IMG/VR virus record: IMGVR_UViG_3300031659_000008
Coordinates: 1-59,411 of that record
DNA: 59,411 nucleotides
Origin: a virus
Taxonomy: Duplodnaviria > Caudoviricetes
Direction: 5' to 3' (one strand)
Both the position numbers and the translations under genes were made by a program. Shown here piece after piece: positions 8,781-17,509 of this stretch. The notes beneath the pieces were generated by a model. That model was not told the origin of the DNA. It ran no database searches and worked only from the letters and a program-made list of their open reading frames with translations. How positions within the stretch are numbered: position 1 is the stretch's first letter; each line of letters starts with the position of its first letter.

Positions 8781-9068
8781 TTAGACCAGGGTTTTAAAAT
8801 CCTCTGCCCAATTATCACAGAAAAAAGTATATCCTTTAATTTCTGATGCCCTTGATATTGGCTCAAATCCTTTTTCAATTAGATAGTTTAGGACTTGCTG
8901 CCCCATGTCATCCCCCGCTAAATTATTAAATGAAACTATTACAGATTGTTTTTTATCTTGATTATATCTTTTAGGTTCGTATATTTTTATTCGTGCGGCT
9001 CTGTGGTTTGTTGGGCTTATATATTCCGCCTTTATTTGTCGATAGTTTTTTATTTCGCTTATATTCAT
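8781..9068 (-). CDS. Early hypothetical protein
   Basis: IKAEYISPTNHRAARIK motif typical of phage early proteins. Confidence 0.7.
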   Translation of the reverse strand: MNISEIKNYRQIKAEYISPTNHRAARIKIYEPKRYNQDKKQSVIVSFNNLAGDDMGQQVLNYLIEKGFEPISRASEIKGYTFFCDNWAEDFKTLV

Positions 9069-9070
9069 GA

Positions 9071-9340
9071 TTATTGAAATTTAAATTTTCTAATTATTTT
9101 TGTTTCTCTGTCGGGGCTTGTAGATATTAATTTTGTTACGTTGTAACCTCTGCAAGTATATGAACGCTCCGCAGTTTCGCTTCCGCCCAACCTTCTAAAC
9201 CATTTTAAAGTATCGTCTTTCGTTAAATTATAATATTGGGAGGTTGTAATACTTTCGCTCGCCTCATCTTTTATAAAATAAGTTGTTTTTGTATCGGGGT
9301 TTTTTAGTAACTCCGTTTTGTGCATTGTTATTGATTCCAT
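9071..9340 (-). CDS. Early hypothetical protein
   Basis: ORF with AAAACAACAACT leader. Confidence 0.7.
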   Translation of the reverse strand: MESITMHKTELLKNPDTKTTYFIKDEASESITTSQYYNLTKDDTLKWFRRLGGSETAERSYTCRGYNVTKLISTSPDRETKIIRKFKFQ

Positions 9341-9369
9341 AGTTGTTGTTTTAATTAGTGTTTGTTTTT

Positions 9370-9409
9370 ACCAAGTTAACCCCGCCAACGGGCGAGGTGT
9401 TTACCTGGT
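9370..9409 (-). promoter_or_regulatory. Long intergenic RNA hairpin without U-tract (possible processing or stability site)
   Basis: ACCAGGU-AAAC-ACCUCGCC-CGUU-GGCGGGGU-UA-ACUUGGU on the - strand. Confidence 0.5.
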
Positions 9410-9418
9410 GGAGTTGGT

Positions 9419-9622
9419 TTATATTGGGCTTTTATACTTTAATAATATGTTAATCATTTGTTGAGCGTTTAGATTTCCGTTTTGCTGAAGCTGATTTAAA
9501 AAATTGAATTTATCGCTTATGTTTCCTTTAATAAATTTCTTTCGGTCTTTCGGGGATACACTATATAAAAAATGAGCTGTACCCATGTTTAAACCTTTCT
9601 TTGCTATTATTTCCATTTGCAT
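9419..9622 (-). CDS. Early hypothetical protein
   Basis: ORF in the early array. Confidence 0.6.
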   Translation of the reverse strand: MQMEIIAKKGLNMGTAHFLYSVSPKDRKKFIKGNISDKFNFLNQLQQNGNLNAQQMINILLKYKSPI

Positions 9623-9633
9623 AATTTTATAGA

Positions 9634-9909
9634 TTAGTTATTAAAATATTCTTGTACTTTCTTAGCGTTCCAATGTTCAGCGGTTAAGCATTTAGATAAT
9701 GACTCTTTCGCCTCCTTTAAGGTAAGCCCGCCACATAAATACTCGCTATCAATGTTTTTATAAAAATGCCATGTGTCAATGGTTTTAGAGATGAAACCTA
9801 TTTTTGCTCCGCCCTGGTAAACGTAATAAACTTTTTCCGCTTCATTGCATTGCGTCCCATCGGACAAATAAAAACTATACTTTTCAATTCCTCTTTTATA
9901 TGTTAGCAT
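9634..9909 (-). CDS. First early hypothetical protein
   Basis: ORF with repeated AATCAAACAAC leader; GxTLKEAK-like motif. Confidence 0.65.
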   Translation of the reverse strand: MLTYKRGIEKYSFYLSDGTQCNEAEKVYYVYQGGAKIGFISKTIDTWHFYKNIDSEYLCGGLTLKEAKESLSKCLTAEHWNAKKVQEYFNN

Positions 9910-10365
9910 AATAATGTTGTTTGATTGTTGTTTGATTCTGTAATACTATAACATAAGTTTTACATAAACAACTTTTTTAGTAATTAATTTAATATTCCCT
10001 TTGTTTATAAGGGTTTGCGGTTGGTTGTTTGTTGCTGTTTTGTTTACTGTATGTGAGTTGTTCGGGGGGGTAAAAGGTATACTATCCTTCTCTTACTACT
10101 TAATTCACTTTAGAATTTAAAAGGGGGAAGGTGCCAACTTCACTATATGTGTACGCTAAAGCGGGAGCGTGGAACGATGAAACGGGGGAGCGGGGGAGCG
10201 GGAGCGGGTCAACTGGACGAACCCCCACCAGAAAAGCCTAAAATATCTCACAAGTTTTTTTCAGATTTGAGGTGGGCGGGTAAAAATAAAACGGTTTTCC
10301 TTTGGGGGGGACGGCGCTGATATGATATGATTACCCAAACACTACATACATCTAATATTTTTTAT
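9910..10365. other. Non-coding strand-switch region; likely physical genome ends or packaging region
   Basis: Long intergenic region between the divergent arms with several G-runs in an otherwise AT-rich genome. Confidence 0.5.
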
Positions 10366-10373
10366 TACCTTTG
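10366..10373 (+). promoter_or_regulatory. Bacteroidota sigma-A -7 box (TACCTTTG)
   Basis: Matches TAnnTTTG; others in intergenic positions at 11018, 13566, 14925, 21133, 30733, 43596, 45816 (+) and 5740, 5898, 13576 (-). Confidence 0.7.
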
Positions 10374-10376
10374 TAT

Positions 10377-10511
10377 ATGGAACTTGAAATTCAAAATAGA
10401 TTAAGAATAGGATTTGCATTTGGCTGGTCTTATTATTCTAAGGATAAGGAGTTTGATTATTCAGAGGTTACAATTTACCTAGGTCTTATAAGCGTTAAAA
10501 TAACATATTAA
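10377..10511 (+). CDS. 44-aa hypothetical protein, possibly leaderless (not in ORF track)
   Basis: MELEIQNRLRIGFAFGWSYYSKDKEFDYSEVTIYLGLISVKITY; only 3 nt between the -7 box and the ATG. Confidence 0.6.
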   Translation: MELEIQNRLRIGFAFGWSYYSKDKEFDYSEVTIYLGLISVKITY

Positions 10512-10512
10512 A

Positions 10513-10689
10513 ATGAACGGACTAACTATTAAAAACGGAAGATTAATTAACGACAGACCTGATGGGATGACGGGTATTCAACAAGCTGCAAATATGAAAA
10601 GAATTATAGATGAAGACCGCAAGATTAAAATAATTGCAGATGGTATTGAAAGAGCAGAAAATACAAAGTCATTTAGAGACTTTATGTAA
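10513..10689 (+). CDS. 58-aa hypothetical protein (not in ORF track)
   Basis: MNGLTIKNGRLINDRPDGMTGIQQAANMKRIIDEDRKIK...; followed by a terminator. Confidence 0.65.
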   Translation: MNGLTIKNGRLINDRPDGMTGIQQAANMKRIIDEDRKIKIIADGIERAENTKSFRDFM

Positions 10690-10717
10690 GGATTTTAATT
10701 TATGTTAATTAATAATG

Positions 10718-10741
10718 AGGTAGTTTCGGCTACCTTTTTTT
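10718..10741 (+). terminator. Intrinsic terminator
   Basis: AGGTAGT-TTCG-GCTACCT plus T-tract. Confidence 0.8.
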
Positions 10742-10829
10742 ATGTCGAGCATTTAAATTGTCATGAAATAAGTGCTACCGTAGGAAATACATTAAATTTT
10801 AAAAATGAATATTACTCAGAAACTGACAT

Positions 10830-10995
<166 letters not shown>

Positions 10996-11048
10996 TTTTA
11001 TATCAATTAAAATAATTTACCTTTGAACAAATCAAATCAAATTTAATA

Positions 11049-12671
11049 ATGGAGCAAGGAGGATATTCACCCAAAGAATTGCATTTCGCAAAAGAGGGAC
11101 AAGAAAAACTTATTAGTGGTATTAGTAAAATGGCAGCTGCTGTAAAAAGCACATTAGGTCCAATGGGTAATACTGTTATTATAGAATCACCAGAACACAC
11201 TCACGGTATTACAGTTACTAAGGATGGGGTTACCGTTGCTAAGTCAATAGCTCTTATAGACCCTGTAGAGAATTTGGCGGTACGAATGATGCGAGAGGCG
11301 GCAGACCGAACTGCGTCCCTTGCGGGAGATGGTACAACTACGGCGATAGTTCTTACTGAAGCCCTGGTTAAGTCAGGTATGAAGAACATAGCTGTTACCG
11401 ATAATAAAACAGAGATACTTGGAGAGCTTTTATCTGAGACGAAAGTTTTAATAAAAAAATTAAAGAAGATGAGTAGGCCTGTCACTAAGCGTATGCTAAA
11501 AGATGTGGCTACTATATCCGCCAACAACAATTCAGAGATAGGAAAAATAATTGCGGACACTTACAATACTGTCGGCGAAAATGGAATTGTTACTGTTGAG
11601 CGTTCTCAAACTTCAGAAACGTATAACGAGACCACGAATGGTTTAAAAATAGATAGAGGGTATACCTCTCAACTTTTTATAAACAACCACAAAAAAGACG
11701 AGTGCATATTAGACGATGTACATATTCTAGTTTCAGATGCGGAGATATCTAATTTGTTAACGATAGAAAATGTACTGAAGCCTATTATAGCTGAAGGAAA
11801 AAAATTATTAATAGTAGCACCTTGTTCTACTAATGTCATAAACACCCTAGCGGCGAATGTGATGAAGAACAGCTTGAAAATTTGTAGCATCACTCCTCCC
11901 TCCTTTGGCTACAAACAACATGAACTGATGCAAGATATAGCTCTTACAGTTGGTGCTACTTATTTTTCAGAAAAGACAGGAGATGATTTGAGTATTATAA
12001 ATTTTTCAGACCTAGGGCATGCTGCCAAAGTTATAATTGGTAAAGACTCTACGATTGTTCTTAAAGATAGCAAAGAAGATACAGAGGAAGTTACCGAAAG
12101 AGTAAAACAACTTTGGGATGCTCATGATTTAACGAGTAAAAAATTAGACAAGGAATTTATATTGTCGAGAATTGCATCGCTTACAGGCGGGATTGGTGTT
12201 ATATATGTTGGCGGTAACACCGACCTTGAGCAAAAGGAACTCTATGACAGGGTTGACGATGCGGTTTGTGCGGTGCGCTCGGCTTTATTAGAAGGCATAC
12301 TCCCCGGAGGAGGACTATCTTTATACAGCTACTACTATTACTATTCAGATATGAGCTCTGCTCCTAAAATTTCTGAAGCAAAAAAAACTGCTTACGCAGT
12401 TTTAGCTGACGCACTTCGTGCTCCATTATTTCAAATACTAGATAACGCAGGGTTAGAAGAACTTGAAATTTACCCAACAAAAGACAAAACACTTTTTACA
12501 CAAGGTAGAGGTTATGATGTTAAGAAGGGGGTGTATGGAGATATGTTTAAGATGGGGATTATAGACCCCATGAAAGTTACTAAGACTGCACTACAAAATG
12601 CTGTGTCGGTAGCTATTACTATTTTATCAACTAACGCTATAGTAACTATGGCAAGAAGCTATGAATCATGA
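11049..12671 (+). CDS. groEL: Phage-encoded group I chaperonin GroEL/Cpn60
   Basis: AVKSTLGPMG, TKDGVTVAK, AGDGTTTA, RVDDAV, GILPGGG, GIIDPMKV; lacks the C-terminal GGM tail. Confidence 0.97.
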   Translation: MEQGGYSPKELHFAKEGQEKLISGISKMAAAVKSTLGPMGNTVIIESPEHTHGITVTKDGVTVAKSIALIDPVENLAVRMMREAADRTASLAGDGTTTAIVLTEALVKSGMKNIAVTDNKTEILGELLSETKVLIKKLKKMSRPVTKRMLKDVATISANNNSEIGKIIADTYNTVGENGIVTVERSQTSETYNETTNGLKIDRGYTSQLFINNHKKDECILDDVHILVSDAEISNLLTIENVLKPIIAEGKKLLIVAPCSTNVINTLAANVMKNSLKICSITPPSFGYKQHELMQDIALTVGATYFSEKTGDDLSIINFSDLGHAAKVIIGKDSTIVLKDSKEDTEEVTERVKQLWDAHDLTSKKLDKEFILSRIASLTGGIGVIYVGGNTDLEQKELYDRVDDAVCAVRSALLEGILPGGGLSLYSYYYYYSDMSSAPKISEAKKTAYAVLADALRAPLFQILDNAGLEELEIYPTKDKTLFTQGRGYDVKKGVYGDMFKMGIIDPMKVTKTALQNAVSVAITILSTNAIVTMARSYES

Positions 12672-12832
12672 TACAAATACAAAATCACAAAGAAGAAATC
12701 ACGGCTGATAAGTTAGCCGACAAAATTGCTGCTAAACTTTTTTTAAATAAACTAGTTACAGTAACGCAAGCAAACGGTATTTATTATCAGGTAAAAAAAA
12801 TTTTGCTTGAAGATATGTTAAGAAGTAAATAA
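12668..12832 (+). CDS. 54-aa hypothetical protein between groEL and groES (not in ORF track)
   Basis: MIQIQNHKEEITADKLADKIAAKLFLNK...; ATGA-coupled to groEL. Confidence 0.55.
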   Translation: MIQIQNHKEEITADKLADKIAAKLFLNKLVTVTQANGIYYQVKKILLEDMLRSK

Positions 12833-12893
12833 TGCCATGGCAGGAAATACTTGCTGTAATTATCGTGTGGGAAATATTAAAAAAAATATTTAA

Positions 12894-13151
12894 ATGAAAC
12901 CAATAGGAACTAATATTGTAATTAAAACCATTGAAGAAGAAATAAAAACTGCTTCAGGATTGTTATTGTCTTCAGACGATGCTAACCAGCTAAGATACAA
13001 AAAGGGAATTATAGTAAAACCAGGTACTGATGTTTCGGTAATAAAAGAGGGAGACCATATTTATTACGATAAAAGAGCAGGGTACACGATGCTAATTAAA
13101 AATGAACCTTATACGATTATTTCTCAGAATGATGTCGTTGTTGTTTTATAA
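12894..13151 (+). CDS. groES: Co-chaperonin GroES/Cpn10
   Basis: MKPIGTNIVIK...EIKTASGLLL (mobile loop)...IKEGDHIYY...ISQNDVV. Confidence 0.9.
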   Translation: MKPIGTNIVIKTIEEEIKTASGLLLSSDDANQLRYKKGIIVKPGTDVSVIKEGDHIYYDKRAGYTMLIKNEPYTIISQNDVVVVL

Positions 13152-13551
13152 ACTTGTTCATCTCTATTATCATGTTGCGATATATTATATCTGAGTAAGA
13201 TACGTTCTTAGCAAACATAGGATTAGAAGTTTGAGAGGTGGGAATCTCTTCTCCATTTAATTTTTTATAAATAGAATCTACCACACGTTTTGTTTTGTAA
13301 GACAGCGAATAAAGCGTTTTATGAACTCCTTCTCTTTTTCTGAACACTTCTATCCACCCATCTCTTAAAAGTCTTTTAAACCTTCCCTCATCCCAACTCA
13401 GAAGGTTGTTGAACTCTTTAAACTTATCCTTTCCAAAATAAATTTCTGAATTTAAAAACAGTATCATATCTAGGTCTGCGGTAGTTATACCATACTTCGC
13501 TTTTATGAAATATCGTATAACCCTCCAGTACTTTAAGTAGTCAGATTGCAT
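13117..13551 (-). CDS. Putative winged-helix (MarR-like) regulator; probable start ATG 13551
   Basis: YGITTADLDMILFL...FKRLLRDGWIEV...LYSLS pattern; the listed TTG start at 13578 lies inside a promoter box. Confidence 0.55.
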   Translation of the reverse strand: MQSDYLKYWRVIRYFIKAKYGITTADLDMILFLNSEIYFGKDKFKEFNNLLSWDEGRFKRLLRDGWIEVFRKREGVHKTLYSLSYKTKRVVDSIYKKLNGEEIPTSQTSNPMFAKNVSYSDIIYRNMIIEMNKFIKQQRHHSEK

Positions 13552-13565
13552 TAAATTATATTTAG

Positions 13566-13583
13566 TAAATTTGTACAAATATA
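13566..13583. promoter_or_regulatory. Overlapping pair of oppositely oriented TAnnTTTG boxes
   Basis: TAAATTTG (+, 13566-13573) and TATATTTG (-, 13576-13583) around the palindrome ATTTGTACAAAT. Confidence 0.6.
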
Positions 13584-13608
13584 TTTATTAATCGCCAAAC
13601 ATCTAAAT

Positions 13609-13947
13609 ATGAAACAAGAAAACAAAGATTTACGCCACTACATAGGGGCTGCAGGAATTTTTATGTTAATAATAACGCTATTAGTTTTTTTAAGTTTTGT
13701 GGAGGTTCCTCCCGTTAACAAGGATTTATTTGTAGCTATAGTAGGTACACTCGTGTCTTCTTTAGGTATTGTAGTGTTTACAATTATTGGACAACAACCT
13801 GATGAGGTTAATAAATTAACTAAAAAGAATGAGGCTTTAAATACATTGACTGCTCAAATGGAAAAAAGAAATGACCAGTTGGAGGAAATGATAATTAAGA
13901 TTCAAAGGGATATCATACATAAATTAACAGATTTAAAACAAGAATAA
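13609..13947 (+). CDS. Membrane protein (2 TM helices plus coiled coil)
   Basis: Two long hydrophobic segments followed by a heptad-rich C-terminus. Confidence 0.7.
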   Translation: MKQENKDLRHYIGAAGIFMLIITLLVFLSFVEVPPVNKDLFVAIVGTLVSSLGIVVFTIIGQQPDEVNKLTKKNEALNTLTAQMEKRNDQLEEMIIKIQRDIIHKLTDLKQE

Positions 13948-13949
13948 TT

Positions 13950-15649
13950 ATGAAAAAAAATGGACAAGGTTCTTATCCTATTGGACATATAAAATATGGA
14001 ACTATGGGGCCAAAAACTTTTGATGAATATCAGTCTCTTAACTTTAGCAATAGAACTATTAATAAACTTAAAAGAAAAGTAAGTGGAACAGGACCAGCGG
14101 GAACTGTATTCAAAACTAATAAACCAAAAACAACAGCCTAATCATGCCAAAAGTAGGAAAAAAAACATTTGCTTATACCCCAAAAGGTAAAGCAGCAGCA
14201 AAGAAAGCAGCTAAAAAAACTGGTAAAAAAGTAGTAAAAAAATCAGGATACTAATGGCTAAGAAGGTAAGTTGGAAGTGGGGCGGAAAAACGTATAGCGG
14301 AACTTTTATTAGAGAAACTAAAGACAAAATATTTGCTCGAACCACAAATGGAAAGATTAAAACTATTAAGAAAAAATGAAAAAAAATAAAACGGACTATA
14401 ACGGCATAGGGTTTTCAAATAAAAACATTGATAGGCTAACCAAAAAACAAATGTATATAGCAAAACAATCTGGCAATCCAAATAAGATTGAAGGTTCTGA
14501 CTTTAAGGCTTTAAATAAAAAAGGTTAATTATAATGGCTAAGAAATTCAAAGTACACAAAATGTTTAGTAAAACGGGGATAGTAAAAATTGCTAAAAATA
14601 TAGCAGACCATAATCGTTTAAAAAAACAAGGCTATAATCACAAGAAACCATAAATGGCAAGTCCACGAAAAGGAAAGGCAAAAGTTAAAATTACCTCAAC
14701 CGGCAAAAAAGTTAGCTATGGTCAAGCCGGTAGTGCTAAAGGCGGAGGACCAAGAGTAAGACCAGGCACTTCTAAAGGCGACAGCTACTGCGCTAGAAGC
14801 CTAGGCATCAAAAGAAGATTAAGCAAGAAAAAACAAAACGACCCTAACACTCCAAACAATTTATCTCGAAAGAGATGGAAGTGCGTAGGGGCTAAGTCTA
14901 AAAAATAAGAAAGAAAAATATTAGTATCTTTGTAAGGTAAAAATTATCATTATGAAAAAGCAAGGTTATAATTCACGTTTAAACGAATCTTTAGGGGCTC
15001 GTAATGGAAAAAAATCTCAGTCTATGAAAGACAGAAGAGATGAAAGTAAAGCTATGTCCAAAAAAATGTCTGGTCATTCATATGGTGCAGACAAAGGAAT
15101 GGAATATAGAAGTAATAATTTAAACTGGTCAACTCATCATCACTTAAGTTAAGATGGCAACAAAAGGTAGAACATCTAAATTTCCTGAGATTAAAAAATC
15201 TAGAGAAGGAAAGTTTACTAATTGGGTAAAAAAAAATATGCCTGGTAAAAGTACTTGTTCAGCAGCATCAGCTGTTATGAAAAATACAAGTAATTATTCT
15301 GGCGGTGTTGTTAAAATGGCGAACTACGCCAATAATTTTGGATGTAAAAAATGAGAAAACTAGGAGCGTGGCTTATAAAAGTAGCTAATAAAATTAGCGA
15401 GTTTTTTGAATATTTAAAATGCAAGTGGAATAAAATTATTATTCTTCTTTCTTTTGAAGTAAAAACATGTAATAATAAAATATGTACTTGTAATAAATGA
15501 AATCAAAAGGATTGGGAGATACAATACATAAGTTTACCAGTTTCACTGGAATTAAAAAAATAGTAGATACGGTTGCTAAGGCAACAAACAGCGATTGCGG
15601 ATGTGATGGTCGGCGTGACAGTTTAAATAGAATAGTACCTTATAAATAA
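13950..15649 (+). other. Array of ten tiny Lys/Arg-rich genes
   Basis: ORFs 13950-14141, 14144-14254, 14254-14379, 14376-14528, 14534-14653, 14654-14908, 14952-15152, 15154-15354, 15351-15500, 15497-15649; abutting or overlapping starts and stops. Confidence 0.75.
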
Positions 15650-15655
15650 AAAATT

Positions 15656-15925
15656 ATGGCTTATCAAAAATTACAAGCACAAAGAGCTGCAGCAGTAACG
15701 CCAAGCGATACTGTAGATATACCAAGTATTTCAACTGACCCAGGGGCCGGAAGAAATAACGGATGTGTTCTTTTTGTTGGTACTGCAGGAAACCTGAGAG
15801 TAAAAACAACAGGTGGAGATGATGTTACGTTTAACAACATCAATACTGGAGCATTTATTCCTGTACAAATTTTAAGGGTATATGCTACAGGAACTACTGC
15901 AAGTAATATACTTGCATTGTGGTAA
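15656..15925 (+). CDS. Head spike base protein (RcGTA Rcc01079-like)
   Basis: AAAVTPSD...LFVGTAGNLRV...DVTF...FIPVQILRVYATGTTASNILALW. Confidence 0.75.
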   Translation: MAYQKLQAQRAAAVTPSDTVDIPSISTDPGAGRNNGCVLFVGTAGNLRVKTTGGDDVTFNNINTGAFIPVQILRVYATGTTASNILALW

Positions 15926-15935
15926 AATATAAACT

Positions 15936-16088
15936 ATGGGATTAGCAAATTGGATAGCAATAGCAATAGGGGAGAATTTAATTTCACAAGCACCGCCTTT
16001 CCCAAGTGCTGACATAGTAAATGAATTAGGAGTGCAAATGATTAGCGAAGATGCATCCGCACAAGATTTAATAACAGAAGGACAATAA
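15936..16088 (+). CDS. 50-aa putative head-fibre adaptor (not in ORF track)
   Basis: MGLANWIAIAIGENLISQAPPFPSADIVNELGVQMISEDASAQDLITEGQ, fills the gap between spike base and fibre genes. Confidence 0.55.
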   Translation: MGLANWIAIAIGENLISQAPPFPSADIVNELGVQMISEDASAQDLITEGQ

Positions 16089-16089
16089 A

Positions 16090-17292
16090 ATGGCAATAAA
16101 ATTTTCACAATTCAATGCAGGTGCAACCGTAGCTGACATAGACTTTATAGTTGGTTATAAAGCAGCAGATAATGTTCAAATACCAATTGGTCTTGTTACT
16201 GTAAACACTACTTACAGCATAGCTACAGCTCAAGATGGAGCAAACGAATCCTTAACCTTAACAGGTGTAGGCCCTTCAAGCACAGATGTAATTACGTTTA
16301 CAGCAGGAGCTGATATCATTTTAACTGATGACGGAGTAGGAAATGGATTTACTATAGCCGCATCCGGCCCACAGGGAACAGTTACTTCTGTAGATTATAC
16401 TTCAGATATTACCGCATTTACAGCAGCAGGGGGGCCAATAACAGCATCTGGAACTCTTACTCTAAACAAAAACGGTGGAACAGCGGGACAATATATTGAC
16501 GGAGCCGCCGGAGCTTGGACAACACTACCTGTATCTGATACATATGATTTAAATCCTACTACTAATGGAAGTAGTGTAGATGTTAATTTAACTTCAAGCT
16601 CAGGAACAGATAATTCTTTAGTAACGCTTACTCCATCTGGAGGACTTACAATTACTCAAGCAGGGGATATAATAACAGTAGATGGTAGTGCAATGGCAGG
16701 AACAGTTACTTCTGTCTCTTCTGCATCAACTGCAACTGCATTAACACTTGACACTAGTGTATCATCACCAAACCCCGTAATAACTCTTGGAGTTACTGGC
16801 GGAATAGCAGGACAATATTTAGATGGAGCAGCGGGAGCTTGGACGACACTACCGGCAGACGTTACTTCATTTAATCAGGTTGCAGGTGCGGCATCAACAG
16901 GAGCAGCACTAACCGCAGCCGGTACAGGAGCCGGACCATACACTGGAACAGTAACTGTCGCATCAAATGCTTTTGCAGGCGGAGCAAATATAGGGCATGT
17001 TCCTGACGCATCAGGAGCAGGCGGAGGAACTTTCTTAAAAGAAGATGGTACTTGGGCAGTCGCGGGAGGGGTTCCTACAAAAACAGTAAATACATTTACT
17101 ATTAGCGGAGCAGCAACCAACACTCTTGTAGTTACCTCAGCTACTAACCCAGTTAGTGTAAACTATATAGATGTTTATATTAATGGTGTTTATCAGGCTA
17201 AAGCGAACGCTACATTATCAGTCAAAACATTGACTTTAGCAGCAGGCTTTTATCCTGACGGCGCAGTAATAGAAACAGTAACAACAACATAA
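16090..17292 (+). CDS. Fibre/spike protein with internal repeat
   Basis: Gly/Ala/Thr-rich; two GTVTSV...GGxAGQYxDGAAGAWTTLP repeats; C-terminal VYINGVYQ module. Confidence 0.7.
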   Translation: MAIKFSQFNAGATVADIDFIVGYKAADNVQIPIGLVTVNTTYSIATAQDGANESLTLTGVGPSSTDVITFTAGADIILTDDGVGNGFTIAASGPQGTVTSVDYTSDITAFTAAGGPITASGTLTLNKNGGTAGQYIDGAAGAWTTLPVSDTYDLNPTTNGSSVDVNLTSSSGTDNSLVTLTPSGGLTITQAGDIITVDGSAMAGTVTSVSSASTATALTLDTSVSSPNPVITLGVTGGIAGQYLDGAAGAWTTLPADVTSFNQVAGAASTGAALTAAGTGAGPYTGTVTVASNAFAGGANIGHVPDASGAGGGTFLKEDGTWAVAGGVPTKTVNTFTISGAATNTLVVTSATNPVSVNYIDVYINGVYQAKANATLSVKTLTLAAGFYPDGAVIETVTTT

Positions 17293-17303
17293 AATAAATT
17301 TCA

Positions 17304-17498
17304 ATGGCAATAACTAAAGCAACTACAGATGTGATTGACATGAGTGGTAATACTGGAGGCATTGTGTGGGCTAAAGGCAATACCGCATCTCAACCAGCAG
17401 TAGGTGTTTCAACGGCTGGTGATTTACGAGAAAACACAGACACAAATAAAACTGAATTGTTTAATGGAACGTCTTGGGTTAATCTAAAAGAACAGTAA
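17304..17498 (+). CDS. Small fibre adaptor module (MAITK family)
   Basis: Consists only of the N-terminal module shared with 17510 and 19046 (GDLRENTDTNKTELFNGTSW). Confidence 0.65.
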   Translation: MAITKATTDVIDMSGNTGGIVWAKGNTASQPAVGVSTAGDLRENTDTNKTELFNGTSWVNLKEQ

Positions 17499-17509
17499 TA
17501 TTTTAACTT

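Noticed and set aside
12321-12347. YSYYYYYS run in GroEL as an intein or insertion
   Set aside because: Short low-complexity patch in a variable region; overall length (540 aa) is normal and there are no splicing motifs
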